In this document: positions 13,090 through 26,000 of the stretch, in pieces
Layout: the number at the start of each line of letters is the position of its first letter
How positions within the stretch are numbered: position 1 is the first letter of the stretch
NCBI GenBank assembly: GCA_040954595.2
Contig: CM082593.2
Location: 5,101,434-5,165,433, forward strand
Direction: 5' to 3'
Length of the DNA stretch: 64,000 nucleotides
Source: Balanoglossus misakiensis
Taxonomy: Eukaryota > Animalia > Hemichordata
Notes under the pieces: generated by a model
Database searches by the model: none
What the model saw: the letters and a program-made list of their open reading frames with translations, nothing else
Told to the model about the DNA's origin: nothing
Made by a program: the position numbers and the translations under genes

Positions 13090-14808
13090 GATTATTTGAT
13101 ACCAGTTTAGAAGTAAATACTAGCAGTACCAATGCAATTGTTAATCAGTTCACTGTTAATACTGCTCCAGCACACAGACCAAAATGAACCACTACAATCT
13201 TCTGCTAGTGTAGCTATTGTTTGCCTGACAATCACATGACACACTTTTCTCCAAACAAAAACAATTGTTAATGCAGCTCAAGTGCTGGGTGGTTCCACTT
13301 TTAATAGGGGGTCATCACAACACTGTTTGCAGCTGGCTGGCTTCATGTTGACCTACATCATACCTCATTCATTATTCATGAGGGATATTATAAATAAAAC
13401 TCGAATGTGGACAGTTATTAACTACAGACAAGACTGAATACCACCAAGACTATATATACATCTGCATTTGCAAGATCCCAGAGTTACTACACTCTGTCAT
13501 TATGTAAGACTGCATGGTCAAAAGGTGTACCCCAACAGAAATGGTGTAGATAATTGTGCGGGCGCTTGACTGAATGGGTGCTGAGAAGTGGGTCAGGTTT
13601 TGACCTACCTATAATTACATGCCTCAATTTCTACTATGGTAGTACTGTATCTTGGGCGATGCATTATACTTAGCTGCCTTGACAACTCACTCAGTGCAAA
13701 ATTAACAGTATACAGTACTTATGATATCCCATGATTCACTCTGATTTGTATCAATGGAGTTTCTGCACTGATGATGATGCTGCTGCTGATGTTTATTTCG
13801 GTATGAAGGCTGCAGACCCTTTAATAGATAAAAAAGTAAAATCTAATAAAATACATGCCATCTTGGTTGTACAAAATGCTTACAAATATAAGATTCTTTC
13901 TCTCAATTGGAAGGAAAAGATCTAATACATACTGTAGTGAATGGCTTGACAATCTGAAGCAACACACTGCAATTCTAAAGAGCTTACCCTTTAAATTATC
14001 AAGTGCAAATAGTCTTCAATATAACATATAAAGTTTGTAAGTTTGAACTGACAGTAAGTTCTTCAGTGAAGTCTAACAAGTTTCCCAATGAATACTGTAC
14101 ATAAATTTTGACTCGAGAGTGCGCCTCCAAGAGTCCAACCGCAGACCTCGGACAGGAGCCTGAACTGAGGCTTTCACGCAGAGTTTAGTCCCTTCAGCAT
14201 GTTCAGTGATGACCTCACGCCATCTTTGTGATTGTAATTAGGCCGTGATGATAGTATTGTTAGAAGCCCAAGACAGTTTTCATAAGACCATCGGTGCCGC
14301 TGTACAGTCTGTGTATACACGTACAGTGTGCCTTCTGTATAGTGTATGCTAATTTTAACCTTTGACACAACCGGCTTGAAACGCCCTTGTTGGTTAATAA
14401 AATGAAGTGTACTCCTGTATGGACAATATTATATGATTTAACTGTATCAAGACATTTTCTTTTAGTTGAAATACCAAAATGACAAATATTTCCAAATAAC
14501 TTTAGACAATCCGATTGTTTCCCGTGGACTATATATATGATGATTTGGTCCAATCAGATTGGTCGTACCAAACGCATTCGTTCAATAGGAATATTTACAG
14601 TAACAAATTCGATAGTCAGGGTTTGCTTCTTGTTGTTAAAATATTTCTCATAAAATCTATTTTAGACTCGTTTTCAAACTGAGCGTCAATTAACTGATTT
14701 ATTAGGCACTTTTTCACCCTTACAGATGGGTTTAGGTGCGAGTTGGCGTGTCGATAGCTACACTGTTACTGTGAATTCTGTGATGCAGTAAGCGAACTCA
14801 AATCCAAG

Positions 14809-17800
14809 ATGGATGGCAATAAAGACGAAAGCGAGCGATGTATTGAAATTGCACTGAAATATATCGCTCAGGGACATAAGGAGAAGGCCATCAAATTTCT
14901 GCAGAAGGCGGAAAGGCTTTTCCCATCGAAAAAGGCAAAAGGTGAGATTTTCATCGTAATACCATGACTTGCCGGAGCAATCATGTTGACAACGAAATAC
15001 GTGTCCAAAGATCAGAATTACATTACATGTATATGGCAAAAATCATGGACCCTTGCTTTTATCGTCGAAAATACCGAAACTTTTGAGTTGTAGACGTACA
15101 TTACCGCCGCAATCGTGCCGTAGATAGGATGTTTAGTCCGAGTATTGAAGGCTGTGTTAGTGGTAGACGTTTGTTGGTACATTGAGGACATGTCCGAGTT
15201 GATAAACTGTGAACTGATCTACATCGTCTCTGTGTTTGCACTTACAATACATGTGTTTACCTCTGCATGATCATACAGCAAACGTATCCTTATCGTTACG
15301 TCGCTATCATTGCAATCCATCGCAAAATAGACCAGTAGAGATCCAGATGTGCCACAGAAAGTGGTTGAATTGGACGTAACCCTAGTGGAGACCAGGCTGT
15401 TTATGAAGGATTATGTTTTGCCATGTCCATTTCAACCACCATGTCCATTTCAACCACTCTACCTAGAAATAGGTGATTTTTCTCTTTAATCAAGATTGAG
15501 AACAAATTTCCATGCTTTGAGTAATTAAATGAGATTTGTTTTCTCGTCTTATTCATCCCCAGATTTACTAGATTCGCTGACAATGAACGGAAGTTCGGCG
15601 GGATCACACGGCCATTCCACAAACAAGCATAGTGAGAAACAAGCAGAAAATGAGAAATCAACACCTGAACACAAAGAAAATGGTGAAATTAAAGTAGATT
15701 ACACACAAGAGCAGCTTCAAGCCGTCAAAAAGTAAGTGTAACTAAAATTCAGTGTGCACTCACTTCAATTTGGGAAGTTCTAGACGTTTCTTTGTATGAG
15801 GTACATTATATGCAAAAGAGGAGGAAAGATGATGGGATTATTGGATTTCTTTTGACAGGATAAAAAAATGTAAAGACTATTATGAAATTCTTGGTGTGTC
15901 CAAGGAAGCAAGTGAGTCAGAATTGAAGAAAGCATATAGGAAATTAGCACTTCAATTTCATCCAGACAAGAACCATGCACCAGGGGCAACAGAGGCATTC
16001 AAAGGTAACAATCTAAAAATTATCAAATGTATCGTTGTCACTTTTGATTTGAAAAGAAAATCAGTTGTGTTGATATATACATGTTTATATTAACGGCACA
16101 TTGTTGGACAACACAGGTAATTTCTTGTACAAATTTAAAAAGACCTAAAATCAAGTAAAAATAGTAACTGTGTGGCTTGTAGTCATTTGTGTAACATTCT
16201 GAGATGTGGGTTGTTGTGGTCATATGTGAGGTGGCTGAACTTGGCATTTGCTCAGCCATTAAAACAATGCAACTGATTGGATACACGCACTGCACTTCTG
16301 GTCCATCCACATGATCACAGAAGACACTTCGCTGTTTTTCGGCACAATGTAAGTTGTCAAAAGTTGCCATGTAATCCTGCAAAGTGTGTTCCCAACCTAA
16401 TCACTTACACGTTCCACTTCCAGCTATCGGCAACGCGTTCGCTGTTTTGAGCGACTCGGAAAAGAGGAGACGGTACGACCAGTATGGCAGCGAGGAAGAA
16501 ATCACGTTTCGAAGGAGACACCATCACCACCACCACCATCATTTCCAGGACGATGATGACTGGGATTTCACGAGGGGATTTGAAGGTGAGTACTGACTGA
16601 GAGGAGGTTTAGATTCTCTGAGCTAAAGGGCACAGGGAATGCGCTAGGCCTCAAAATCTTGGGGTCCCTGGGACCCCTTCCTTGTGAAAATCAGGGGTCC
16701 CTAAATATTTTTGTGGGTCCCCATTTTTTCAATATATTATAACACATACGTACTCGCCACACACTTACTGGCGAAGTCAACATCACAATTTAAGTGTATT
16801 TCCACATTTATTTTCATTTTCTATGAACGTTTCATTTTTTATTATAAAGTAATTTCCTTCTGGCTTTCTGTTCATTGAAGTTTGACATAGCTTGAGAAAA
16901 AGATTTTGCCAATCAATAACAACAACAACAAACAAACAATAAAATCGCGGAGGGAGAGCCCCCTGTGTTTATACGGGGAACCACAGTGAGGAAGCGATGC
17001 ATAGCTATCGATGTCAGAGTGTTCTGATCGTTGACGAGTTTTGCCCCCATATTTAACCCAGTCCAGCTACATGGAGTCGGATAAATCAAAGATTTTCAAG
17101 CGAAAACGGGTGAAAGGATTACATGTACACCAATGAAGATAGACAGGCTGTAAAAAGCATAATCAAAAGCGAGAAATTTTCTCTTTTTTGCGGAAATCAA
17201 ACACATAGAACGAGAGAGTCAACAAAGACACCCGCTGAACTGTCGAAAACAAGGTCGCGCGCGTTCGATTGACCGTGCGCGGTACATCGGGTCCACCGCT
17301 CGATGCAGTCGGCCGGCTGCATGGGTACGTCCCGCGATCGCGCGCGACCACCCGCTCTCGACATCGGCCCCTAATTAATGACACATAGTTCACAACTTGT
17401 TGACAAGGCAATTGGCGGACCTGCCAAAGAAAAAACGAAGCCAGTTTTTCTTTTGTTGTCAGGAAAACTCTAACATGATTATTTCACACTTTGTTTTTGT
17501 TTACAAGTGTCAATCTTCTGGATTAGCCAGCCGTAAAAGCGTTTTTGAATAAACAAATTAAAATTACAAGACGATCATTAATTACTGCAGTGTGCGCTCA
17601 GCTGGGGTTCCCCGGACGCAGACATCAAAGTGAACCCGCGTCCCAGCAAAAAAGCTTGCGTCCCGGACGCGGAATTCTGCGTTAACGCGATCCCTGGGGC
17701 ATAACCTTGAGAATACTGTATTCTCACCGAGTACGTCTATCTTGGGAGTACTGTGTGTGTTACCCTCGCTGTCGGCAGTAATAGACTAATTTTGTGGATT

Positions 17801-19245
17801 TCTTTCAGGGGACATATCGGCAGAGGAACTGTTCAATATGTTCTTTGGTGGCGGTATGCCATCAGGTCGTGTACATGTGCATAGACAAAGAGCTCATAGA
17901 CACAGACAACAGACACAGTCAGAGGTAAGTGCATATACTTCAAATTTCGATTCAGTGCATTGCATTGGAGTCTTTTAGAATGGATTACATGAGCAGCTAT
18001 GTAGTCATCCATACTGTCATTTATAGTTTGAAGCATATTTCTGTTATTTTAAACTCTATTTGTTTCTCCCCCTAGGCATCCTATGCATACATGATTCAGC
18101 TGATGCCAATTCTTGTTTTAGTCGTGCTGTCACTGCTATCGAGTCAGTTGATACAAGCCCCTCCGTACACTTTCAATCCCAAAGGGTAAGTAACACACCA
18201 ACTTGGAAGAAAGTAAACCATGGTAAACTTGAGATGTACATAATGTGCATGCGCCATCACTGGTGGCATCATGAACACTGAATGAGAATAAATGTTTACT
18301 AGGATAGTTTACTTTATTCTGTGAAAATAAGTTGTCAACTATGTTTCTCAACAGACTATTCACAGAAGAAAGAACGACATTTAACCTAGGAGTGAAGTAC
18401 TATGTGAAGGTGAGGTTTTCATCAGTACTTTCTGAATTTTCATGAGATGTTATCAGGAGGTGTATATTATTGGCAGACTCATTACCAATAGGGGTCGTTC
18501 GTAAGGTGGGAGGTACGTGGTAAAAAATGGCTGTGCTCCTCAGTGAATTAAAAAAACAACTATTTTTTGTGTCCTCTGATTTTACAGAAAGAATTTTTGA
18601 GGGAGTATCAAGGCAGAGTGCGCGAAGTCGACAGACAAGTTGAAGATGAGTACATAGGCAATCTTCGAAACCAGTGTTGGAAAGAACAAAATTACAGTGA
18701 GTACTTGATCAGTTGCCTCAAAGAATTCTATGATTTGAGATTCAAGAGTTTCGAGCAGTGATGCTCAGTTGATTTTGACAAAACATCACAAAGTGGAGTC
18801 ATTTACATGATGCTACTGAAATACCTAAGCTTGAATGGGGAAACCCACATGTGCTTTTTGGAATGCAAATGAGCAATGTGAATGGTTTGCATAAAAATGA
18901 CAATATGGAAATATGGGTGTTTATTATTAACATGGCAAAACTATCACTGGTCCTCAACCAGTAAAATGTGTATAAATATCCTTGGAAATATGTATATTAG
19001 AATTGTATTTATGCGCATGTCTCATTTATTTCTGTCCATATGTTTGGGTAATCTTTTTGTCTGTATTACCCCCAAAGATAAACCTCAAAAACGCCCTTTA
19101 AAAGTGCTTTTGTATCTCTTTTTTTCCAGAGGAAAATTTATTTTACAAAGCAAAATATTTTAGCGACCGGAAGCTTTACGAAAAGGCACAGAATTTGGCA
19201 ACGCCGTCGTGTGAAACGCTTCGGAAAGTCTACGGCCAGGGTTAG
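14809..19245 (+). CDS. DNAJB12: DnaJ homolog subfamily B member 12/14 (ER-membrane J-protein); exons 14809-14941, 15563-15731, 15859-16004, 16424-16585, 17809-17924, 18076-18185, 18355-18409, 18588-18696, 19130-19245
   Basis: N-terminus [15 protein letters not shown]...KAERLFP; J-domain [11 protein letters not shown]...[35 protein letters not shown] with HPD; G/F region [15 protein letters not shown]; TM segment [14 protein letters not shown]; luminal region [16 protein letters not shown]...TPSCETL. Likely pro-orthologue of vertebrate DNAJB12/DNAJB14. Confidence 0.97.
15421..15456. repeat. 18-bp tandem duplication
   Basis: ccatgtccatttcaacca x2 in DNAJB12 intron 1. Confidence 0.85.
16633..17696. 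mobile_element. Non-autonomous DNA transposon-like insertion (hAT-like ends) in DNAJB12 intron 4
   Basis: Imperfect TIRs cagggaatgcgctag... / ...ttaacgcgatccctg with direct repeat gggca on both flanks. Subterminal palindromes ggggtccctgggacccc (left) and gcgtcccggacgc (right). CpG-rich inside a CpG-poor gene body, with no transposase ORF. Confidence 0.78.
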
Positions 19246-20801
19246 GAGAGATGACCTTACCCCCATGTGATAAATTCTCACCCAGAGTCTTCACAAAGAC
19301 AAGTGTACAGTATACACCATGTCAGAGGAGAAGACCATCTATAAATTATGGGAAGTTCAAATCACTTCTTCACACCTCTAACCATTCACAGATGGACTCA
19401 ACCTACTATTGTTATAATTGGACTGTACCAAAGAGTCCAGGGGGTGGCAAGGTATATAAAAAATAAGCCGTGATATCACAGTGTCAACTGTGTGCCTTTC
19501 TGTGTTTTAGTTCCATGTGGAACTGCTTCTTGAAAGAGAAAATTTCAGAGTATCAAGAAAATTTACATGGACTTGTATTTCAGAGAAAGATAATTGAGTT
19601 AAGACTGCTAACTTCTCACACCTTATGGTGAGAGGAACATCTAATCAAGTAAAATAATAGAAAATAATTTAAATAATGCAGAATATTTGTCAATATATGT
19701 TTTTTTGAATTAATGAGACATTTTGTGTTATATTACAAGTTGGCAAACTAAAAAAATGAGTTTATTTTTTAACTCTGACATTTCGGGATTATTTTTTTGC
19801 CTGTCAACTGTTTATTAGTGAAATTGATGTTTATAGTTTTGATTTTTTTTAGTTTCTATGGAAACCCTTTTGAAATAATAGTAATGTTAACTAATGTACA
19901 GAGAATGGTCACAGTCATAGTGTAATCGTGGATTCTCATTCGTTAACTCTGTCATCCATGATGACCTATGACCTTGCGTGCACTGTACCCCCACACACTA
20001 GCTGTGACTTTGGACTATTTTTGGTCTGTTGGCATTTCATGATAGCGAGTCAAATATGAAAATGTTGCTGATACACAGAACAAAAAATAGTTAAAAATGG
20101 CCAAACGTTACAGCTAATGCTGTTCATCATTATCACCAGAAATGTGACTTTTTTTAGTAAATACGGATTTATTTATCATCATTTAGTGGGATGGGTGGGG
20201 GATTTCTGGGTCGTGTTAAAAATTAGTTGAACCGTTCTTTTCTTGAGAACCGTTTCCAACACTGGAATGTTTGTAGACTTTAACTGTCAATCCTCTGTGC
20301 AATCTCTCTACAATGGTTGAATTATTTTTTACAGTGGTTTGCATGGCGAGGTTGGCAAAGATTCTTCTCATGGCATGCTCAGTGGGTTGTGAGAGTCAAA
20401 TTTAACATGTATGTCAAGAGAATGTGCCAAACAACCCCCATGCCTTGACTTCTAAGTGAAGTTGTCATTGTGTGTACTTTTAATTTACAGTAAAACAATT
20501 TCGATAGTTGCTTTTTTACTTGTGAGACTGCAATGAGTGTATCCAGCGGTTATTGTATAAATTGGTTTTACGGTGTCATCGTTGAAACCGAATAAGTGAG
20601 GGGTGAAATATATGGGGACTGTTTTCTATGGCGGTCTTCATCGTCTGAGAGTGATGTGGTCATCTGTGAATTTTGTCTAATCAAGCAGGTCTCTTATCTG
20701 TCTTGAACTAGAGACAGTTTTATGGTCTATTTAGTGCAATCATCAACTCATGCCCTTGTTTTTCGAAAAGTACTTTTGCCAGACATCTTGGATATCTTGG
20801 A

Positions 20802-20819
20802 AGAGCGCCCCCTATAGTC
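20802..20819 (-). promoter_or_regulatory. CTCF-like motif
   Basis: The minus strand reads GACTATAGGGGGCGCTCT. Confidence 0.45.
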
Positions 20820-21862
20820 ACAAATACTCGTATCTGTCAAGAATTTTCCGATTGCCACCCTGAATCTTGGAAACTTGTCATTTGCAACCTCCATCCTTGC
20901 CTCAAAGCTGGCATATGGATTTTTTTTTTGCAACTTTGCAAGTAATGTGTGCCTTTGTGTAATATTTGCCAATAGTACAGTCAGGGGTTTGTACACTCCT
21001 GCAAGTCTTGGGGGAAAAAAAGTGAAACTTACACCAGTTAAATTCTGGTAATTTTATTTCACCTGTTATACCCCTTAATGTTAATGTATAGATTATTTGA
21101 AGTGTTGATGATCATGAGAAATTTTGAGAAAATTACTACACACTGCAATCTCTCGAAAAAACTCTCGAAAAGTCCCGGTATTGTCAATGACCAGGACCTA
21201 ATGAGACCAAAGCATTTAGAGTGGAGTTGTTCAGTATTGAATTTTTTAGTTTGTAAATGTATGTACTCTGTAATTGTAAAGTGCATAGTCCACATCTGTT
21301 GTAAAAAATTTCTGTTGGCCTTCTGGGGAGTTTTGACAATCCCAGCAGATTTATAACCAAGCAAAATTTGTAGGAAATTAGATTAGATCCAGCAGTAAAT
21401 ATCCCCCCCCCCCTCCCCCGTACCAATTGCCATGGTAAATTGACCCCTCCCCCTCTAGCACCAATTGAATCCTTACTTTGATTCTGCTGTTTGACCATCA
21501 AAGCATACAGTCAGTTACCAGGTAGCTGACCTGTATTCAAATACTAATTCACATGGTTTAGATTCAAACTTTCCTGACCATGAGATTTTAATTCAAATAT
21601 AAGGCAAAACACATGTACATTAATTTCTGTGCACAGAAAAGGGAGACTTGCAGTGTAAGTTTTATAATTCCAAAACTAATATTTATAAAAAAAAATCCAT
21701 GTGTTTGTGAAGAATAACATTGCCATAGAAACAATATCACCCACCACTGTGACAGAAAAGATTTATGTCAGGAATTGAGTGTACACGACTGAAAATGGTG
21801 TCTGGTCTTTGATTAGTCAATCTGTTGTAAATTGACTACATCATTGGACTTGTTTAGATGGC

Positions 21863-21933
21863 AATAAATGTTTCTTCATTCTGTAAATAAACATGGAATA
21901 TTTGCAAACCTCTGTATTGATGACTATAATAAA
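21863..21933 (+). terminator. Cluster of polyadenylation signals, likely the distal 3' end of DNAJB12
   Basis: AATAAA at 21863, 21886 and 21928, followed by T/GT-rich sequence, at the end of a long AT-rich CpG-poor stretch. Confidence 0.5.
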
Positions 21934-22678
21934 AGATTTGAAATGAAAATAGATATTTGTGCCATTTCATACACTTTTAGTTTGTTGCAGGTTTTCAGAT
22001 TAATTACGGAAGATATACTGTCGCTAACTGGGGTCGTCAAATCGTGTCGAAAAGCAGTTCAATGGCGCCCCCTTCCTGGAAAATTCTCGTTACTTTTGTT
22101 TTTGTTGATTTAGTTTCCCTATTTTACCTTATCACTTGAACATGCGATCCCCAGACTCCTAAAATTCTTTTAGCAATCTTTCCTATTTGCGCATTTCCAA
22201 ATATTGCATTATCATATTATAAACCTTGAGTAAGTGGATCTTTTCCGGTCTGTTTCTGTTTTTGCCTCTTTACGTGCATGTCGTCACGGCTTGCGGTGGG
22301 CCAATTTTAAAAACAAATTATTTTCGCCAGCGTATTTGTATTTTTACTGGAAAGTGTTTATGTCGAGGTCGTGTGTCTGTAGATCCAGAATTCAGCTGTG
22401 TTCGCTGTGCTTGTTTTTCTTCCGTTGGAGTGCCTACCTGGCCTGAGCAGAGCGCGAACAAAGGTATCCTCGAGCGACACAAAACGGGATTGTTCGACTT
22501 TGAATAAGAATAGCCGCGACTGTCAACAGCGAAAGTGGCCAACCACGGCTCGCGCACGCTATTTGTGTTTCAATGGTGGCATCGGGCAGCACAACGGCCT
22601 CTGTCTGAATATATGAATGCTTAAACAAGGCACTGAGTGGCGAGAGTGAGAGACAGGACGGATCGAGTACCACTGTCT

Positions 22679-22708
22679 TGACGTAAGGTGACGTAGTACC
22701 TTTATAAT
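22679..22708 (+). promoter_or_regulatory. Tandem CRE/ATF-like sites plus TATA-like box
   Basis: TGACGTAA (22679), TGACGTAG (22689) and TTTATAAT (22701) in a CpG-rich region. Splice donors face outward on both strands: + GTAAGT at 23072 and - CAG|GTAGG at 22437. Confidence 0.55.
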
Positions 22709-22729
22709 CTCCACCGTGCAATCGATAGG

Positions 22730-23071
22730 AACCCCAAAGGAATCGTGGCGGAGATAACGCTGTGGCGTTGAAGTGAAGAAAACCGTGTCAGGCTCTCTCC
22801 TAGCGGTTACTGGAAATATATCGAGACACACTTTAGAGGACAGGACAGGACCGTCTGTTTCGCTCGACCAGGAACTTCGGGTTTGGTTTGACCTATCCCT
22901 GGACACGTTTTGAGCGCCGTTCCCACGGTGTGTTGGATCAGACTGTTTTACTGCTGTCCGCCCGGCATTGAAGTGTGACCATACAAACTTCACAGTGACT
23001 GCCTCGCGGGCTTACCCACTCGAACTCACGGCACGGGTTCAGCTCGACCCGGTGTCGACCACCAAATATTG
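22730..23071 (+). other. Candidate non-coding first exon (5' UTR or lncRNA); start approximate
   Basis: No ATG on + from 22620 to 23071. It ends at the consensus donor G|GTAAGT. Confidence 0.5.
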
Positions 23072-26000
23072 GTAAGTTTTCTTCAATTTATTTTGATCCG
23101 CTCAGAGTAATTCGGCTGATCCGGAGTGTAAGTGACAGGTGACGACGGGGGCCATTGCACTCTGACTAACTCGCACAATCGAAAAAAACCACACCCCTCC
23201 ATCCAACTTTAATGAAGGTAAATTCTTAATATGTTTACGTCTAGTAATAGGGCAACTAAACGTTCCATAATGTGTCCAAAAGACCAACCACATTGATAAT
23301 TCCATAATTGCGCATCCTCACCCTCTTATAGAATTGAATCTTGATGAATGGTAGTTCAAATGCACGTGTTGCGAGACATTACGCACGAAAAGCGCAACAG
23401 GTGGTTCCTGTAATTAATGCTCCCTCCCCCTACCCCCTCTGTACCATCTTTCCCCCCTTAAAATCAACACCACCCTGTTCAGATCAGGTATAATAATAAA
23501 ATTGGGCATGAAGTCCGGTTTGTTCTGTAACATGGTTACGCTTCGAGTGATTCTCAAGGTAAAATAAACAAGAACCATGCGCCATAGACTTTTCATTCGC
23601 TGGGTTGTTTTCTCATTCGGGCGAGTGTGCGGCTCCGACCAAACCCATAAAGTGGCTTTGAAAGCGAAAAGAGGGGTACCGTTGGGCCATTAATCAAAAA
23701 GTAGCATAATGGGCCCGAGTCCCTACAACAGAACTATTCCGGCGATCAGCGCGAATGAGCCCACTCGAAGATCAGTGACCTTGGAAGCGGAGTTCGTCTC
23801 GCCCCGCACGAGCGCTGCCCTGCCTTCATTGATTCCCGTGAATGCGGCTATGCCAAATTTGAAACCCATAAGTGAAGACATTTCTCCCGACAGCATAGAC
23901 GTGGCTTGAATCTCTTAGCAAAAGTCGACGCCCACCGTATCCATGGGACTTCAAACGGAAGGTTAAATCTCGGGCGGCGTGTAATGAATTATTTTACATG
24001 GCTTTTAAGCTTGTTACCGTATTCCTGGGGAGGTGAAAGGTCCCGGGGCCAAAACCCCTAATACATGTTTACTAGCAATTCTTATATTCTGCTCGAATCA
24101 TCAGTATTATACGGCAACACAGTACACATAAAAATGATTTATAATTCCAAGGCTATAAACATCCCCATAGATATACTCCGGACTCTAAAACACGCGTGTG
24201 GACAAAAACCCGAATCTAGTTCGTGTGTTTTTATTCGGGACACAATGCGATCACGGACAATATGGGTAAAAGAATGAGGTGTAGGAAAGCAAACAGTGCG
24301 GTACACAGCCTCTTATGTTGTTCTGTGTTGATCAGTTACTGTTTAGACAAAAGCCTAGCTTCATTTGTGTTGCTAAAACTAGCGACACACAGAATCTCTG
24401 ATTAAACAACGCAAGTCACCCTGGGGCGGGATGTGTCTCTATATATGTGCGACTACGGGCGATATAGCTCCGGTTACTATAACTCTATAGGGACAAGAAC
24501 TTTTCTAGAACTTATATTGCGTATACAAGTTAATATACCTGAATATGGTGCAACGCGTTTTCACAATTGTCAAACGGCGTGGAATTTTATACCGGAGGAA
24601 ATTGCTGTTGCCACAGCAACGTCAAATATGTCCGCCTCAAAGGGAGTCAAGTCTAGATTATGTGCGAAGACTTACTAATAACATTGAATGCGACGAACAG
24701 CCATATGCAAAGTGACTAAACAAGAGGCGTTGGTATGTCAATCCACGCATGTGATTTTTATTGTGTTAAATCCAAGATCTTGAAAAAAATCAACAACAAG
24801 CGTTCTCATCATGTCGGATTTTGTAATCACACATGCAAATCTGCTGTTTATAGGGCCATAGGCACCGCCGTGGTTGCGCTTATACTATAAGGGCAAATAT
24901 AAGACGGCGGGGTTGTGTTTGGCCGGGGGCAGGGGACCGGTAAACCGGTGGCCTCGCCTTTGTAACATTACATTCGAAGTCTTCAAGAGAGCCACTGTTC
25001 CCATAACGTTTCACACGTCCAGTCTTTTTAGCGATAACCTCGATCAAGAACGGTCTATTTTAAACCTCCTTGTAGGAGGTTCGAAGTCGCTCGGTCGATC
25101 GCTTTGGTTTCATAATAGAACCTGACGTGTGTCCGGCGCAGTTTCAATCAAAGTCGACGGACCGTCACGGGCTCTTGCGGCGGATAGAAGAGGGAAGCCG
25201 AGCAGAGAAAGTGTCGCCATTGTGTATCGGAGAATAAGTCACTCTTATGGCTGTCCACGAGACAACAACACCCGAGTCTGTCGCCTTCAGGTGTGGCGAG
25301 ACGCTTTTCAGCCGACGTTCTGCGGCAACACGCCACTTAGCAATGTTTAAGGTGTAAATTCCTAATTATAAACACAACAGAAAATGCACATTTTTGGACG
25401 ATTCCTACTTGACAAATAGTGATATAGTATGACCAGAAAGTCATGTTGCCATCCATCAGCTCTTGACGAGCTATTGAATCGATGAAGAAACAGAACATAT
25501 CCCCTTCACCAAAAAACATCGTGTGTTTTCTTAGGAACCCCACTCAATGCGTCCAAATATAGTCTTGTGGACATACACGAAACTTGACTGGTAGAAACTG
25601 CCTGAGAATTGACTCAAGGCAACAAAAAGTAATGACAGACAAATTCAAACATAAGCTTCGGAGACAAGTTCTCATTCTGTGCAGATGTGAGCACCGTTTG
25701 CGTGAAGGAAAGAAACTGTCAGCCAGGCTGCTGTAGGCCCACATACAGGTACAGCACTTGATTGCAAACTCTGTTGTAACACATAGAGAATTTTATAGGG
25801 CCTGTTCTTAACTGTGGTTCTCTGCGACTGTTCCCGGGTAATGGTTCTGGCGTCACTGAGTAATTCATGCTATAGACCTGTAGACTGAGCCCTAATTATA
25901 CCTAGCCCTGAATACAGCCCAACTATAGTGACAGTTATTTAAATATTCTTAAAAGGCGTTTTTCACACGCAGCGAACAACAGGCAGGCGCTGTTGCTGCT

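Noticed and set aside
21456-21475. miR-29-like string tagcaccaattgaatc
   Set aside because: No complementary arm; it is embedded in C-rich low-complexity sequence.
22375-22460. miR-10-like (ctgtagatcc) and miR-375-seed-like strings
   Set aside because: Partial matches only, with no precursor hairpin.
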